Origin: an uncultured virus (IMG/VR IMGVR_UViG_3300023171_000012)
Taxonomy: Duplodnaviria > Heunggongvirae > Uroviricota > Caudoviricetes
Strand: one strand, 5' to 3'
DNA: 64,000 nt
IMG/VR virus record: IMGVR_UViG_3300023171_000012
This document shows positions 39,846-48,403 of this stretch, piece after piece. Both the position numbers and the translations under genes were made by a program. Under the pieces are notes generated by a model. The model was not told the DNA's origin, made no database searches, and saw only the letters and a list, made by a program, of their open reading frames with translations. The number at the start of each line of letters is the position of its first letter. Position 1 is the first letter of the stretch.

Positions 39846-40030
39846 GGTTTCAAATGGTTTCGTTCTTCCGCACGACGGCGGGAATTGTCAGAGTCTCTCA
39901 GGAATTTTGGATCGGTTTTGCGGAGGTGTTCGTTCAATGCCTTCTTCAGGTCGGTGAACGTGTCGAGCGTCGGATCTCGGTAGCCGACGACCTTTTGTTG
40001 CAGGCGTGGGGGTGTGGCTCTGCTGTTCAT
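39842..40030 (-). CDS. Hypothetical protein
   Basis: Coupled at both ends. Confidence 0.45.
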   Translation of the reverse strand: MNSRATPPRLQQKVVGYRDPTLDTFTDLKKALNEHLRKTDPKFLRDSDNSRRRAEERNHLKP

Positions 40031-40614
40031 ATTTCGAAAGGTTTCTGTTTGAAAAGTATGGTGTTCCATTTCTTGGAAGCTTCAACCTTGCCGATGCGGC
40101 GGATTTTCACGATGTTCAGGCATCCGGCCTCCACATGGTCCAGAGACCAGTGGGTGCCTTTCACAGCGAGCACCGGACGCTTGCCGCAGGTCGCGCAGGG
40201 AGCCAGCGCATTCTCTTCCATGTATTTGTCCCGAAGATCCCTGGCCGCGCCGAGGGTGCGCCGGGTGCCGAGGTATTTCTTGTCCACGATGACCTTGTAG
40301 CGTTTCACCGTGAGAGCGAATTCAGTGATGCCGTGGTTGAGATCGAGCTTGTCCTTGAGGATGCGCTTCTTGGAGACCCGCTCCCCGCGCCGGATGGCCC
40401 CCTGCATGCAGAGCCGGGTGAACAGGATGTCCCGCTCCTTGGTGGCCTCTTCCTGGGTGGTGGCTTCGAGGTAGTGCCGCTCGCGCTTATCCCCAACGAC
40501 ATAATTGCAATAGTAGCGGTTCTTCTTCGTACACCACTTGGCTTCCTTCCCGCTGTCGGAGGGGAGGATGACCTGATGGCGTCCGAAGAAACCGGATGAT
40601 GGTTTGCTGCTCAT
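40027..40614 (-). CDS. Basic DNA-binding protein with two AP2-like modules
   Basis: R.R.YL..T.EEA...RD and YLGT..T...A...RD patterns. Confidence 0.55.
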   Translation of the reverse strand: MSSKPSSGFFGRHQVILPSDSGKEAKWCTKKNRYYCNYVVGDKRERHYLEATTQEEATKERDILFTRLCMQGAIRRGERVSKKRILKDKLDLNHGITEFALTVKRYKVIVDKKYLGTRRTLGAARDLRDKYMEENALAPCATCGKRPVLAVKGTHWSLDHVEAGCLNIVKIRRIGKVEASKKWNTILFKQKPFEI

Positions 40615-40850
40615 AGCCGTCTTGACCTCTTCTCTTTCTTCCTGAACTGGGCATACCATGGTTCATTGTTTTTGCGTCCCTGTATGAAGGGTGCCTCTGG
40701 TATCTGAAAAGGAGCTTCTATGATGAGGTCTTGCATTTTTTCTTTTGGCAAGGTGGTCCAGCCAACCTCAATCATCGTTGGCATTTCCGAATGGGTCATG
40801 CCAATCAGAAGTATCGAAAGGTTCGAGGGTAGTAAGCGTTTTCGGATCAT
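40611..40850 (-). CDS. Hypothetical protein
   Basis: Coupled at both ends. Confidence 0.45.
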   Translation of the reverse strand: MIRKRLLPSNLSILLIGMTHSEMPTMIEVGWTTLPKEKMQDLIIEAPFQIPEAPFIQGRKNNEPWYAQFRKKEKRSRRL

Positions 40851-41041
40851 AAGTCTTCAGTAAATGCGAGCCATTCGAATGTTTGGCCGGATCGGTTCGT
40901 CATGCCCTCTTCCATGCGGACGGGTTTGATCTTCTCGCCGCAGCGGTCATAGAGCATCACCCGGGCACTGCCGCCGCGCTCCTTGCGGGCCTTTTCGAGA
41001 AGCCCGATGACCTGGTTGATTGTGAGGCATCCTGTTTTCAT
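40847..41041 (-). CDS. Hypothetical protein
   Basis: Coupled at both ends. Confidence 0.5.
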   Translation of the reverse strand: MKTGCLTINQVIGLLEKARKERGGSARVMLYDRCGEKIKPVRMEEGMTNRSGQTFEWLAFTEDL

Positions 41042-41316
41042 GGCTGAGTGAATACTGGAATTGTCAGTGTGGGCTTGACGGTTGTGAGGATGATTTCCCT
41101 TTTGGCTTTCAGGGCGTTCTCGATTGCCTGGGTGGCGGTGATCCCTTGGAATTTAGGGCTGCGGTTCGGTTGGCCCAGATAACAAAATCCGAATTTCCCA
41201 CCAAGATTGAACAGCAGCGCAATCCCTCCACTGTGCATCTGATACCCCACAGAGACGCGGCCCGCGTTGAACTGACGGGCAGTCTCCTTGAAATCTATCG
41301 TTTCCATGGTATTCAT
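41038..41316 (-). CDS. Hypothetical protein
   Basis: Coupled at both ends. Confidence 0.5.
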   Translation of the reverse strand: MNTMETIDFKETARQFNAGRVSVGYQMHSGGIALLFNLGGKFGFCYLGQPNRSPKFQGITATQAIENALKAKREIILTTVKPTLTIPVFTQP

Positions 41317-41477
41317 AGCAGGTAGTAAGCGAGGAACAGAAGACCGATGCCGATAGCCCCGACCACACAGGCCGGGATGAGTGTTTCCTTCTCCTTGTTG
41401 TTCCCGTAGTGGAAAAGCCCACACACGGAGTAGAAGAGGAACGGGAGTGCGATGACGATGATGGCTGTGGTTTTCAT
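41313..41477 (-). CDS. Small two-TM membrane protein
   Basis: MKTTAIIV start, two hydrophobic helices, coupled. Confidence 0.5.
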   Translation of the reverse strand: MKTTAIIVIALPFLFYSVCGLFHYGNNKEKETLIPACVVGAIGIGLLFLAYYLL

Positions 41478-41581
41478 ATGTCCTGGCCCTTGCGGAGCTT
41501 GATTTCGTTGAAAATGAACACCACGACTGCGGCGACGAGCCACAGAGCGGCGACGGTGAGGATTCCTTCGAAGGATTTCAT
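41474..41581 (-). CDS. Single-TM micro-protein (35 aa; not in ORF track)
   Basis: MKSFEGILTVAALWLVAAVVVFIFNEIKLRKGQDI; stop overlaps next ATG. Confidence 0.45.
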   Translation of the reverse strand: MKSFEGILTVAALWLVAAVVVFIFNEIKLRKGQDI

Positions 41582-41582
41582 A

Positions 41583-41825
41583 TCAGCCTGCGTTGAAGGA
41601 TGAACAGATGACTCCGGCTTTCACGGATTGTTGCGCGTAGCCGATGTGCTTGACTGTGACCTTCTCGGGGTCATTTGTCCAATCGTCGGATTTCTTGCTG
41701 CGGATGTCCGCGCCGTCGTGTGGGTGCATGAGTGACGCGGCTTTCGGCGACTTGGCGGCGACCACCGCTGAATCGAAGGTGTCATATCCGGTCTCGGATG
41801 ACTGGCTGATGTGGTAGAGTTTCAT
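41583..41825 (-). CDS. Hypothetical phage protein
   Basis: GYDTFDSAVV.A...A...HP...V.V..IG.A......VI..SF pattern. Confidence 0.6.
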   Translation of the reverse strand: MKLYHISQSSETGYDTFDSAVVAAKSPKAASLMHPHDGADIRSKKSDDWTNDPEKVTVKHIGYAQQSVKAGVICSSFNAG

Positions 41826-42259
41826 GAGCGGTCCTCCACGCAGTAGTGATCCGAATCGGGACCGTTCGTGTAGGCGAAGTATGGCTGCTGGTGCTCACGG
41901 CCTTGCGGGTCGATCCGTGTGAAGCGGTTCCATGCGTCCGGGATCGGGCCTCTGTTCTCGCTGAGAACCCGTCCGATGATCGACATGGGGTGGCAGTCCC
42001 GCCCGCGACTCTGGAAAGCCTGCAAGGTGCCTCCGATGCCCTGCACCCGGCAGAGTTCAAGAATCAGATCCTTGGCGTGGTTGACCTTTTCGAGATTGTG
42101 CTGGAGCCAGCCTTTCCCTGCGGTGACATCCTCCGGGACTTCTCCCAGCGGGGCCATGATGCGGTCCACCGTGAAGATGGTTTCATCGCGGATCTTTGCT
42201 TCCAATTCGGTATTCCAGATGGTTTCGTCAATGGCTTGGTATTGTGTGATTGCTCTCAT
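41822..42259 (-). CDS. Hypothetical protein
   Basis: Start MRAITQY preceded by CCACACC leader. Confidence 0.6.
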   Translation of the reverse strand: MRAITQYQAIDETIWNTELEAKIRDETIFTVDRIMAPLGEVPEDVTAGKGWLQHNLEKVNHAKDLILELCRVQGIGGTLQAFQSRGRDCHPMSIIGRVLSENRGPIPDAWNRFTRIDPQGREHQQPYFAYTNGPDSDHYCVEDRS

Positions 42260-42919
42260 GGTGTGGTGATGTTCAGAATTCAAATCCGGGCACATTCAAA
42301 CGGACTAATGTGCGCTGGCAGTCTCTCAGCAGGGGGAGAGACTCATGCACCATGGTTACATTGCCTGCATAAGACCTTCCGGCGAGCAACGGAACTCGAT
42401 GAGCTGTGGACAGGTCCAAATGAGAGCAATCTCCGCCCTCTTTCGGGTTGCCGTCGATCTCGCCCAAATACCCACAACTTGCTGTCACGTCACTGGCGAG
42501 AATAAGAGCTTCCGGCGCAAAATTGTGGCTGTCCCAAGACCCGCCCAAGGAACCATGGAGACCTCCCGGTTTATGTCCCGGCAATCCTGGGGACGGGCCG
42601 TGCCCCGGCCTTGGTCCATGACCCCCGCCGGAACCATGTGCACTGACTCCGGGATTCCAATTCCCGTCGATATGCGCTCCGCCACGGCGGTGGGGGCTTC
42701 CCGCCTTCACGATTCCTTGGTCAATCATCAGGTAGATTGGTCCGTCCGTCTCCACGCCTTGCAGCATGGCGTCAATGGTCAACTGCCAACGGGATAAGTG
42801 GGCTGGTAGACCCTCTCTCCGAGTGAAGGGGAGCATGTAAACGCGCTCTCCTGTGTTTTCCGGAAAAGTTACCGGACCGATTTCTTTTAATAGTGATTTC
42901 ATGGTGTGGTGATGTTCAG
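42256..42919. repeat. Perfect 21-bp direct repeat (42256-42276 and 42899-42919) flanking the oxygenase gene
   Basis: TCATGGTGTGGTGATGTTCAG occurs at both positions. Confidence 0.9.
42273..42902 (-). CDS. Putative 2OG-Fe(II) oxygenase with G/H/P-rich insert
   Basis: HRRGGAHIDG (HxD), distal HES and RTLVRL motifs. Confidence 0.7.
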   Translation of the reverse strand: MKSLLKEIGPVTFPENTGERVYMLPFTRREGLPAHLSRWQLTIDAMLQGVETDGPIYLMIDQGIVKAGSPHRRGGAHIDGNWNPGVSAHGSGGGHGPRPGHGPSPGLPGHKPGGLHGSLGGSWDSHNFAPEALILASDVTASCGYLGEIDGNPKEGGDCSHLDLSTAHRVPLLAGRSYAGNVTMVHESLPLLRDCQRTLVRLNVPGFEF

Positions 42920-43255
42920 TGCTTTGTTTCTGGCGGCTTTGGCGGCTTCCTCGGTTTCGAAAAAGCCCAGATGCTTCCTACCCGGGAGTTTCACCTCGTA
43001 AGGCTTGCGGAGGTAGATGTAGTGGGTGCTGTCGGTGGTGACGGCGATGTCATTACATTCCTTGATGGTGGCTCCGGCCTCCATGAGACTGGCACGCTCT
43101 TCGTCGCGGCGGAGGATGGCTTCCTCCACATCGCCTGTTCCCAGGGACTTCATTCGCTGCTTTCCGTCCTCTCTCCACATCAACTGCCAGAAGCCCATTT
43201 TCTTACGGGTCATACCGGAGGTCTTGTGTCGGAGCTTGGGGAGAGTGATTGTCAT
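42899..43255 (-). CDS. AP2-like DNA-binding protein (probable paralogue of 40027-40614)
   Basis: KSLGT.D.EEA..RRD and HLGFFETEEAAKAARN motifs. Confidence 0.55.
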   Translation of the reverse strand: MTITLPKLRHKTSGMTRKKMGFWQLMWREDGKQRMKSLGTGDVEEAILRRDEERASLMEAGATIKECNDIAVTTDSTHYIYLRKPYEVKLPGRKHLGFFETEEAAKAARNKALNITTP

Positions 43256-43297
43256 GTTGTAGGGGTGTAATAAGTGAGAGGTTGGGGGATGTCCAGT

Positions 43298-43687
43298 TTA
43301 TCTATCGGATAATTTCGGATTGTCTTCAAGGCAACGGCGACGGGGCAGACTCTGGGCGAGGGTGTTTTCAACTTTCTCGAACTGGAACGTCTTAAAGCCA
43401 ATCCCTTGAATACCTGGCTGTGGGCGGTGTTTCTCAACCAGGGCGCGGGCGGCGAGCCATTGCTCCAATTCAGGGATGGAGCACTTCTCGAAGTCCTGCA
43501 TGAGGCTCAGACGGTCCAAGACTGTCACCAGTTCTTCGATGTCTCCCGGGAATGGGGTGGCGTAGTATGCCTCGAAGCCATTCCCGGCGTTCAGGCGGTC
43601 CACAGCGGCTTGCGCGTCGGTGGCGGATTCGTATTGAGCGATTTTCTTGTAAACCCCGTGAGCGGGGCGTGGGGTGGGTGTGTTCAT
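43298..43687 (-). CDS. Hypothetical protein (3' end possibly frameshifted, continuing to 43252)
   Basis: ATGA-coupled start; see findings. Confidence 0.5.
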   Translation of the reverse strand: MNTPTPRPAHGVYKKIAQYESATDAQAAVDRLNAGNGFEAYYATPFPGDIEELVTVLDRLSLMQDFEKCSIPELEQWLAARALVEKHRPQPGIQGIGFKTFQFEKVENTLAQSLPRRRCLEDNPKLSDR

Positions 43688-44322
43688 GGTATGAAGTCGT
43701 AGAGGTTTTCAGACCATTGCGCTGCCATTGCGGCGGCAATGCCGGGGTAACTGCGGGCACGGTCTTTTGACCGGGTATCGGATGGCGGGAGTTTGTTTTG
43801 ACCGGAATCGGTCTGATTGGACCAGCGTTCCACCATCTTGCCTTTGTGCTCGACGATGCGGCCGGGGAAGCGTTGCGCGGGGTCCAGAATGAGGGGCGGC
43901 AGCTTGTGCAACCAGAGACAGGTTTTTTTAGAGGCATCCTCGCCGAATTCGTAGGGCTGGATGATTTGTTCCGGTTTGCGGAAATGGGTGGAGATGATCG
44001 AGACTGGGTTTTCGAGGTAGTGGGGGACATTTCCCGCCGCTTCGAAAAGATCCGCGACGAACCGAAGGGCTTTGTGGGTGTTCTCCCATCCCCGGCCACG
44101 GTTATTCCAATGGATGCTGCAAACGCCGAGGTACCGGCATTCGGGGTGTAAGCCTATGAAGTCCCACCCACCTTGGCGGATGGCTTCAAGGGCATCGCCC
44201 TGAATGTGGAACGGGGAGCCATCGTCAGCGGGTTGCAAGTCGCAGGACCAGGCATCATGCCCCCGGGCGCGGAACGCCTCACGGATCACGCCGGAACATT
44301 CGCAGGCAATCAGAACTTTCAT
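43684..44322 (-). CDS. Phage DNA cytosine methyltransferase-like protein
   Basis: VLIACE.SG, SCDL, HPEC (PPC-like), ENPV, IQP..FG, K.T.LW and RS..GIA.AMA.QW motifs. Confidence 0.8.
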   Translation of the reverse strand: MKVLIACECSGVIREAFRARGHDAWSCDLQPADDGSPFHIQGDALEAIRQGGWDFIGLHPECRYLGVCSIHWNNRGRGWENTHKALRFVADLFEAAGNVPHYLENPVSIISTHFRKPEQIIQPYEFGEDASKKTCLWLHKLPPLILDPAQRFPGRIVEHKGKMVERWSNQTDSGQNKLPPSDTRSKDRARSYPGIAAAMAAQWSENLYDFIP

Positions 44323-44582
44323 GGTGCGAGGGTTTCGAAGCCAGTGGTGACGGTGTAGTTCCATGAGGCGTTCCACAGTGAGGCGTGTTCTTCACTTTCG
44401 AAGTCAAACGCCTCATGGACCGTCTCAAACGCTTGCAACATCTCCTCATTAGGATCACAGAAGTCATGCGAGTGGCACACGTTCTTCGATTCCTCGGCGG
44501 CGTTGCGACGGTCAATCTCGGCGAGGTCAATCCCGCCTTCGTGAAGTAGGCGAACGAATTCCTTGGCAATGGTGTGGATCAT
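44319..44582 (-). CDS. Hypothetical phage protein
   Basis: C.SHDFCD.N..M..AF motif; coupled. Confidence 0.6.
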   Translation of the reverse strand: MIHTIAKEFVRLLHEGGIDLAEIDRRNAAEESKNVCHSHDFCDPNEEMLQAFETVHEAFDFESEEHASLWNASWNYTVTTGFETLAP

Positions 44583-44740
44583 GGGATTGCGGGGTAAAGG
44601 GCTGACAGGACATGGCCACCGAGGACCGCCAGCGCGGCGAGGGTGAACAGGGCGACGAATGTGAGGAAACAGACTGTGTGGAGACGCGGGGCGACAGGTG
44701 GGGGATATGACATGATATTGAGAGGGTGGCGGTATGGCAT
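44579..44740 (-). CDS. Small single-TM protein (not in ORF track)
   Basis: MPYRHPL...CFLTFVALFTLAALAVLGG...AIP; stop coupled to next ATG. Confidence 0.4.
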   Translation of the reverse strand: MPYRHPLNIMSYPPPVAPRLHTVCFLTFVALFTLAALAVLGGHVLSALYPAIP

Positions 44741-44946
44741 CAGGATGGCGACAGGGTTGAGAAGTGGCGGGTGGTTCCCTTGCGGATGGTGGTCAGGAAA
44801 CAGTCCTGCCGTCTCCCGTGTTTCGCCTCGTCAAAGGCGGAGGCACTGACCAGCTTCCCGTTGATATAATACCGGGTGCATTTCGGGGTGATTGTTTTGC
44901 AGAGTTGCATGGCTTTAGTTGCTAAGGGTTGCGGGCGGTAGGTCAT
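44740..44946 (-). CDS. Hypothetical protein
   Basis: Coupled start. Confidence 0.5.
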   Translation of the reverse strand: MTYRPQPLATKAMQLCKTITPKCTRYYINGKLVSASAFDEAKHGRRQDCFLTTIRKGTTRHFSTLSPS

Positions 44947-45398
44947 GACTGGTAAATGAGACCATCGTCACCGACGTAAAGGTCGCGGCTCCCCATGGCG
45001 TGTGCGGCTTCCGTGAGTTTGTCCCCGAGTTCTCCTAAGTCCCGGTCCCAGTACCCCGCGCCATGGTGGCAACGGGTCAACCAAAGGTCATGACCGCTCT
45101 TTTCCTCGTCCGAATACTGCGGGCAATCATATTCAGGGACGGCGGGCAGGTCGCTTTGCTCGCAATGACGGAACCAGGCCGCGCAATCGTGAAGCATGGC
45201 GTCTTCCGTTTCCGTGGCAAGCTCGTAAACTCCATCGTCCATATTGTGATCCTCCCCGTTTTCCTGGGTTTCCTCATCTTCCGGCGTCTCGTACGCCGTG
45301 TAGCTGGAAGACCAGAGCGCGGCTTCCACGTATGCCTGATAAAAGGCGTTTGGGACTGCGGAGGCAAGGGGCTGGTTTTTGCTGTCGTGTGTTTTCAT
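44943..45398 (-). CDS. Hypothetical acidic phage protein
   Basis: Y.EAALWSS and GHD.WLTR..HGAG.WD motifs. Confidence 0.65.
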   Translation of the reverse strand: MKTHDSKNQPLASAVPNAFYQAYVEAALWSSSYTAYETPEDEETQENGEDHNMDDGVYELATETEDAMLHDCAAWFRHCEQSDLPAVPEYDCPQYSDEEKSGHDLWLTRCHHGAGYWDRDLGELGDKLTEAAHAMGSRDLYVGDDGLIYQS

Positions 45399-45428
45399 GA
45401 GTGTCGGGTCTAGGGGTTGGTGTGAGAG

Positions 45429-45614
45429 TTATGCGGCGTAAACCATCTCGGAAATCCGAGAGACGGAAATGTCAGAGGGTTTCAAGCCTAGGTGACGGGC
45501 AATCATTCTTTCCGCGCCCCGGTGGGTGGGAGTCGAGAGATGGCGCGGGCGGATGAATGAGACTGAGTTCTCATATCGTCCGTGGGTATAGACCAGCGTG
45601 AGGTAAGTTTTCAT
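45429..45614 (-). CDS. Hypothetical protein
   Basis: 61 aa with C/A-rich leader. Confidence 0.5.
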   Translation of the reverse strand: MKTYLTLVYTHGRYENSVSFIRPRHLSTPTHRGAERMIARHLGLKPSDISVSRISEMVYAA

Positions 45615-45643
45615 GATTTCAGTGTGTCGGGTGTGAGGATTTA

Positions 45644-45844
45644 TTAAAGGGTTGCGCGGGCGGCGAGACTGCCGGTGATTTCACCGGACTTCGCCAAGCT
45701 ATCCACGAAGTCAACGAACGTGCAACGGACGGTGGCGCAATGCTGGTTTTGAGGTTTTGACAGAATGCCAGCCTCCCGGGCTTGCTCTGCGAGGTGTGGA
45801 AATGATTGCCAGAATGCCCGGCGGATTTCTTTTTGATTTTTCAT
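45644..45844 (-). CDS. Hypothetical protein
   Basis: 66 aa with CACACGCC leader. Confidence 0.55.
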   Translation of the reverse strand: MKNQKEIRRAFWQSFPHLAEQAREAGILSKPQNQHCATVRCTFVDFVDSLAKSGEITGSLAARATL

Positions 45845-45864
45845 GGCGTGTGAAGGGGTAGAGG

Positions 45865-46332
45865 TTAGTCAATGCAGACTCCGAAACCGCGATTGTAGAC
45901 GGCGGAAATGTCGTGTTCGCCAAGGTCAGATTTCTTGACCAGGTAAAGACTTGCGCCGCGAGGGTCTGTTTGGTGGTAGGCAACGAGGTCAGTGGCGGTA
46001 TTGCCCCGTTTCACGTTATACTCTCCCGTTTCACCTGATAGAATCCAAGTGCGGGAATTCCGTGCCTCCACAGTGGCCAATACGCGTTTCCATGCGCCGG
46101 TTTCAAGGTCAGGCACACGATGGCTTGTCCGTTCGCCGCGAGAATTAGAGAAGTAATAAGTCTTGCCCGTTGTCTCGTCACGCTCCACTTCCCCGTTACA
46201 CTCGCGCTCCGACCAGCGATGGAGAGTGAGTTGCGCCCGGCGTAGGGTTTCAGTTTCGGAGTAAGTGAATCCGAGCTTTTCCATGCGGGAATAAAAGTCG
46301 GCGATGTGCATTGCTTTGGTGTATCTGCTCAT
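45865..46332 (-). CDS. Hypothetical phage protein
   Basis: L.RW.E.ECNG and Y.Q.DPRG..LY motifs. Confidence 0.65.
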   Translation of the reverse strand: MSRYTKAMHIADFYSRMEKLGFTYSETETLRRAQLTLHRWSERECNGEVERDETTGKTYYFSNSRGERTSHRVPDLETGAWKRVLATVEARNSRTWILSGETGEYNVKRGNTATDLVAYHQTDPRGASLYLVKKSDLGEHDISAVYNRGFGVCID

Positions 46333-46368
46333 GAGTGTAGGTAGTGAGGTGTTAAGGCGTGAGGTGAA

Positions 46369-47196
46369 TCAAAGGTTGACGGCGAGGCGGGAGTTCCGGC
46401 TCAAGAGTTCCCGGCGGTCCGATAGGAGAGTCTGGAGAGACTGGCGCAAGGCCCGTGCGGCAGCGGGGTATGAGGCTGTCATGGGAGACGGGCAAAGGGC
46501 TTTCAGCTCGTGTGCCAAGGCGCGGATTTCCGAGCGGAGGGTTTTGAGGGTTTCCCGGTTTTCTTCAATGTCGGATTCGATGCGAGACTTTGCTTGGAAC
46601 TCCCTTTCCCGCTCGGCGCGGCGTTGTGCGGTGTAGTCCGCCCGGCGGATTGCCGTCCCGGCTGCCGCATGTCTGTATCCCTCCGCAGTGCTTTCACTCC
46701 ACACACTGGCGGGGTGGTATCCGATTTCCGCACCAGTGGAGAGGTCAACGTCCACCACCTCGTCGTTCCATGGGTCGGAAATCACTTCGAAGATGAAACC
46801 GGGAAACCGGGCGAGTTGAACGGCATAGGGCATGAATACCTCGTCCCCTTGCTCGTCCTCATCTACGAACCAGCCATCATGACGGAGGAACGTCCCGCCG
46901 TGCCAGTAGTTCGCGATTTCCTTGGAGTCCAAGCGGAGACTGTGGAGCGTGGTTTCATGCACCATGGGGACGGGGGCGAGCTGGAACGCCGGATCATGAA
47001 TGAGGGCTTGTCTCCACTGGGCACGGGTGGGTGATTTGATTTCCCAGAATGCGATGGGGCGGCAAGGATACCCGGGAGTGGTATGTTTCCTGATTGCTGC
47101 CAGACGTTGACCAATCGGGAGGGCCTGCCATGCGGCGAGGCGGGCGGCGGGGGTTGCGGAGTTTGTGAAGGCGCGGACTATGGTCGAGGTGTTCAT
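46369..47196 (-). CDS. Hypothetical protein with C-terminal coiled coil
   Basis: 275 aa with CACACCC leader. Confidence 0.65.
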   Translation of the reverse strand: MNTSTIVRAFTNSATPAARLAAWQALPIGQRLAAIRKHTTPGYPCRPIAFWEIKSPTRAQWRQALIHDPAFQLAPVPMVHETTLHSLRLDSKEIANYWHGGTFLRHDGWFVDEDEQGDEVFMPYAVQLARFPGFIFEVISDPWNDEVVDVDLSTGAEIGYHPASVWSESTAEGYRHAAAGTAIRRADYTAQRRAEREREFQAKSRIESDIEENRETLKTLRSEIRALAHELKALCPSPMTASYPAAARALRQSLQTLLSDRRELLSRNSRLAVNL

Positions 47197-47222
47197 GGGT
47201 GTGAGGTGGTGGGTAAGGTGTT

Positions 47223-47387
47223 TCAGGCTTCCGGGATTCGGTTCACACTCGCATCCGAGCGTTGAATCCGGCAGCGTCCATTCCAGTAGATGGCGGACAT
47301 TTCGATTTTGCCCTCATCCCATAGAGCATAACTCAGGGGGTTTGCTGAGAGGTAGGCGAGAGCTTCTTTCTTGGTGGGGAATTTCAT
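47223..47387 (-). CDS. 54-aa protein, duplicate copy 2 (not in ORF track)
   Basis: MKFPTKKEALAYLSANPLSYALWDEGKIEMSAIYWNGRCRIQRSDASVNRIPEA; near-identical to 47763-47927. Confidence 0.75.
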   Translation of the reverse strand: MKFPTKKEALAYLSANPLSYALWDEGKIEMSAIYWNGRCRIQRSDASVNRIPEA

Positions 47388-47411
47388 GAGGTGTGAGGTG
47401 GGTAAGGTGTT

Positions 47412-47729
47412 TCAGGCTTCTGTGATTTCGATGCGGAGGAAAGGCACGCAATCGACTTCCAATTCTAATTCTAGGGGCGTTTCGGAAATATCTTCAATGT
47501 CCTTCACACGGGCACGGCTGGCGTAGTTCGTTTTGAAGTTTTCCCACCGTCCGCGAGCGGCTTCAAGGGCTTCCGCCTTGTCACCATTGGAGAGGATGGT
47601 GAACGGCATATTGACAGACCAGCCGCAACCGTCATGCGTAAGCTCGTAAGCAATGACATGGAAAGCGGAGGCTTGTGTGAGTTCACCAATCAATTCGGTG
47701 ATTTTCGTTTCGAGTGTGTGGCGTTTCAT
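47412..47729 (-). CDS. Hypothetical protein between the duplicated genes
   Basis: 105 aa; same leader type and same GAAGCCTGAAAC end as its neighbours. Confidence 0.65.
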   Translation of the reverse strand: MKRHTLETKITELIGELTQASAFHVIAYELTHDGCGWSVNMPFTILSNGDKAEALEAARGRWENFKTNYASRARVKDIEDISETPLELELEVDCVPFLRIEITEA

Positions 47730-47762
47730 GGGTGTGATAATTTGAGAGGTTGGAAAGGGGTT

Positions 47763-47927
47763 TCAGGCTTCAGGGATTCGGTTCACACTCGCATTCGAGC
47801 GTTGAATCCGGCGGCGTCCATTCCAGTAGATGGCGGACATTTCGATTTTGCCCTCGTCCCATAGAGCGTAGCTCAGTGGATTTGCAGAGAGGTAGGCGAG
47901 GGCTTCTTTCTTAGTGGCAAATTTCAT
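47763..47927 (-). CDS. 54-aa protein, duplicate copy 1; first gene of the leftward operon
   Basis: MKFATKKEALAYLSANPL...; differences from copy 2 are mostly synonymous. Confidence 0.75.
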   Translation of the reverse strand: MKFATKKEALAYLSANPLSYALWDEGKIEMSAIYWNGRRRIQRSNASVNRIPEA

Positions 47928-47959
47928 GGGTGTGAGGTGGTATCGGTTGACGGCGTTAC

Positions 47960-48390
47960 TCAACACCATGAATTGACTCGTATCAAGAATTATTTTCAAT
48001 GAAATTTAAATTAGTCATAAGTGCCTCAGTGACAAATAGCATTTACAAAAACCTTTTTCAGATTTTTGGGGAACTCTCTTCCCATATAAGAAAAGAAAAC
48101 GTGAAATGGGGGTAAAATAGGGTGAAAACACTCTTTTTTCTTTTTTACTTTTTCTTTTTCTCCTTAGGTAAAATTCTCTCTTATGTTTTTGACTAAATGT
48201 CTTTCAAGTGACAACTGATTAAAAATGAAAGATTTATGGGCCGCATTTAGGGTTGCAACAAGTCAAAAAGGTAAATGTCAAAATCAGGTAAAATCAGGGG
48301 AAAATGGTGAGAAGGGGGAAAATGGTGTGGATCGGGCGGATTGGTGCAAATACCTAAATGAGTAAATGCTAGACATGGTGACGGGTTTTT
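47960..48390. promoter_or_regulatory. AT-rich non-coding divergence region (candidate origin, genome end or control region)
   Basis: Sharp GC drop, A/T tracts and short repeats; genes diverge from here. Confidence 0.55.
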
Positions 48391-48403
48391 GGTAGTTTCC
48401 GGC

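Larger units (their letters stand above)
47220..47940. repeat. About 180-bp imperfect direct repeat (47220-47401 and 47760-47940)
   Basis: Visible alignment at offset 540. Confidence 0.95.

Noticed and set aside
47190..47940. CRISPR-like or integron-like array
   Set aside because: The repeats are a duplicated coding gene plus leaders, without regular spacers, attC-like palindromes or an integrase.
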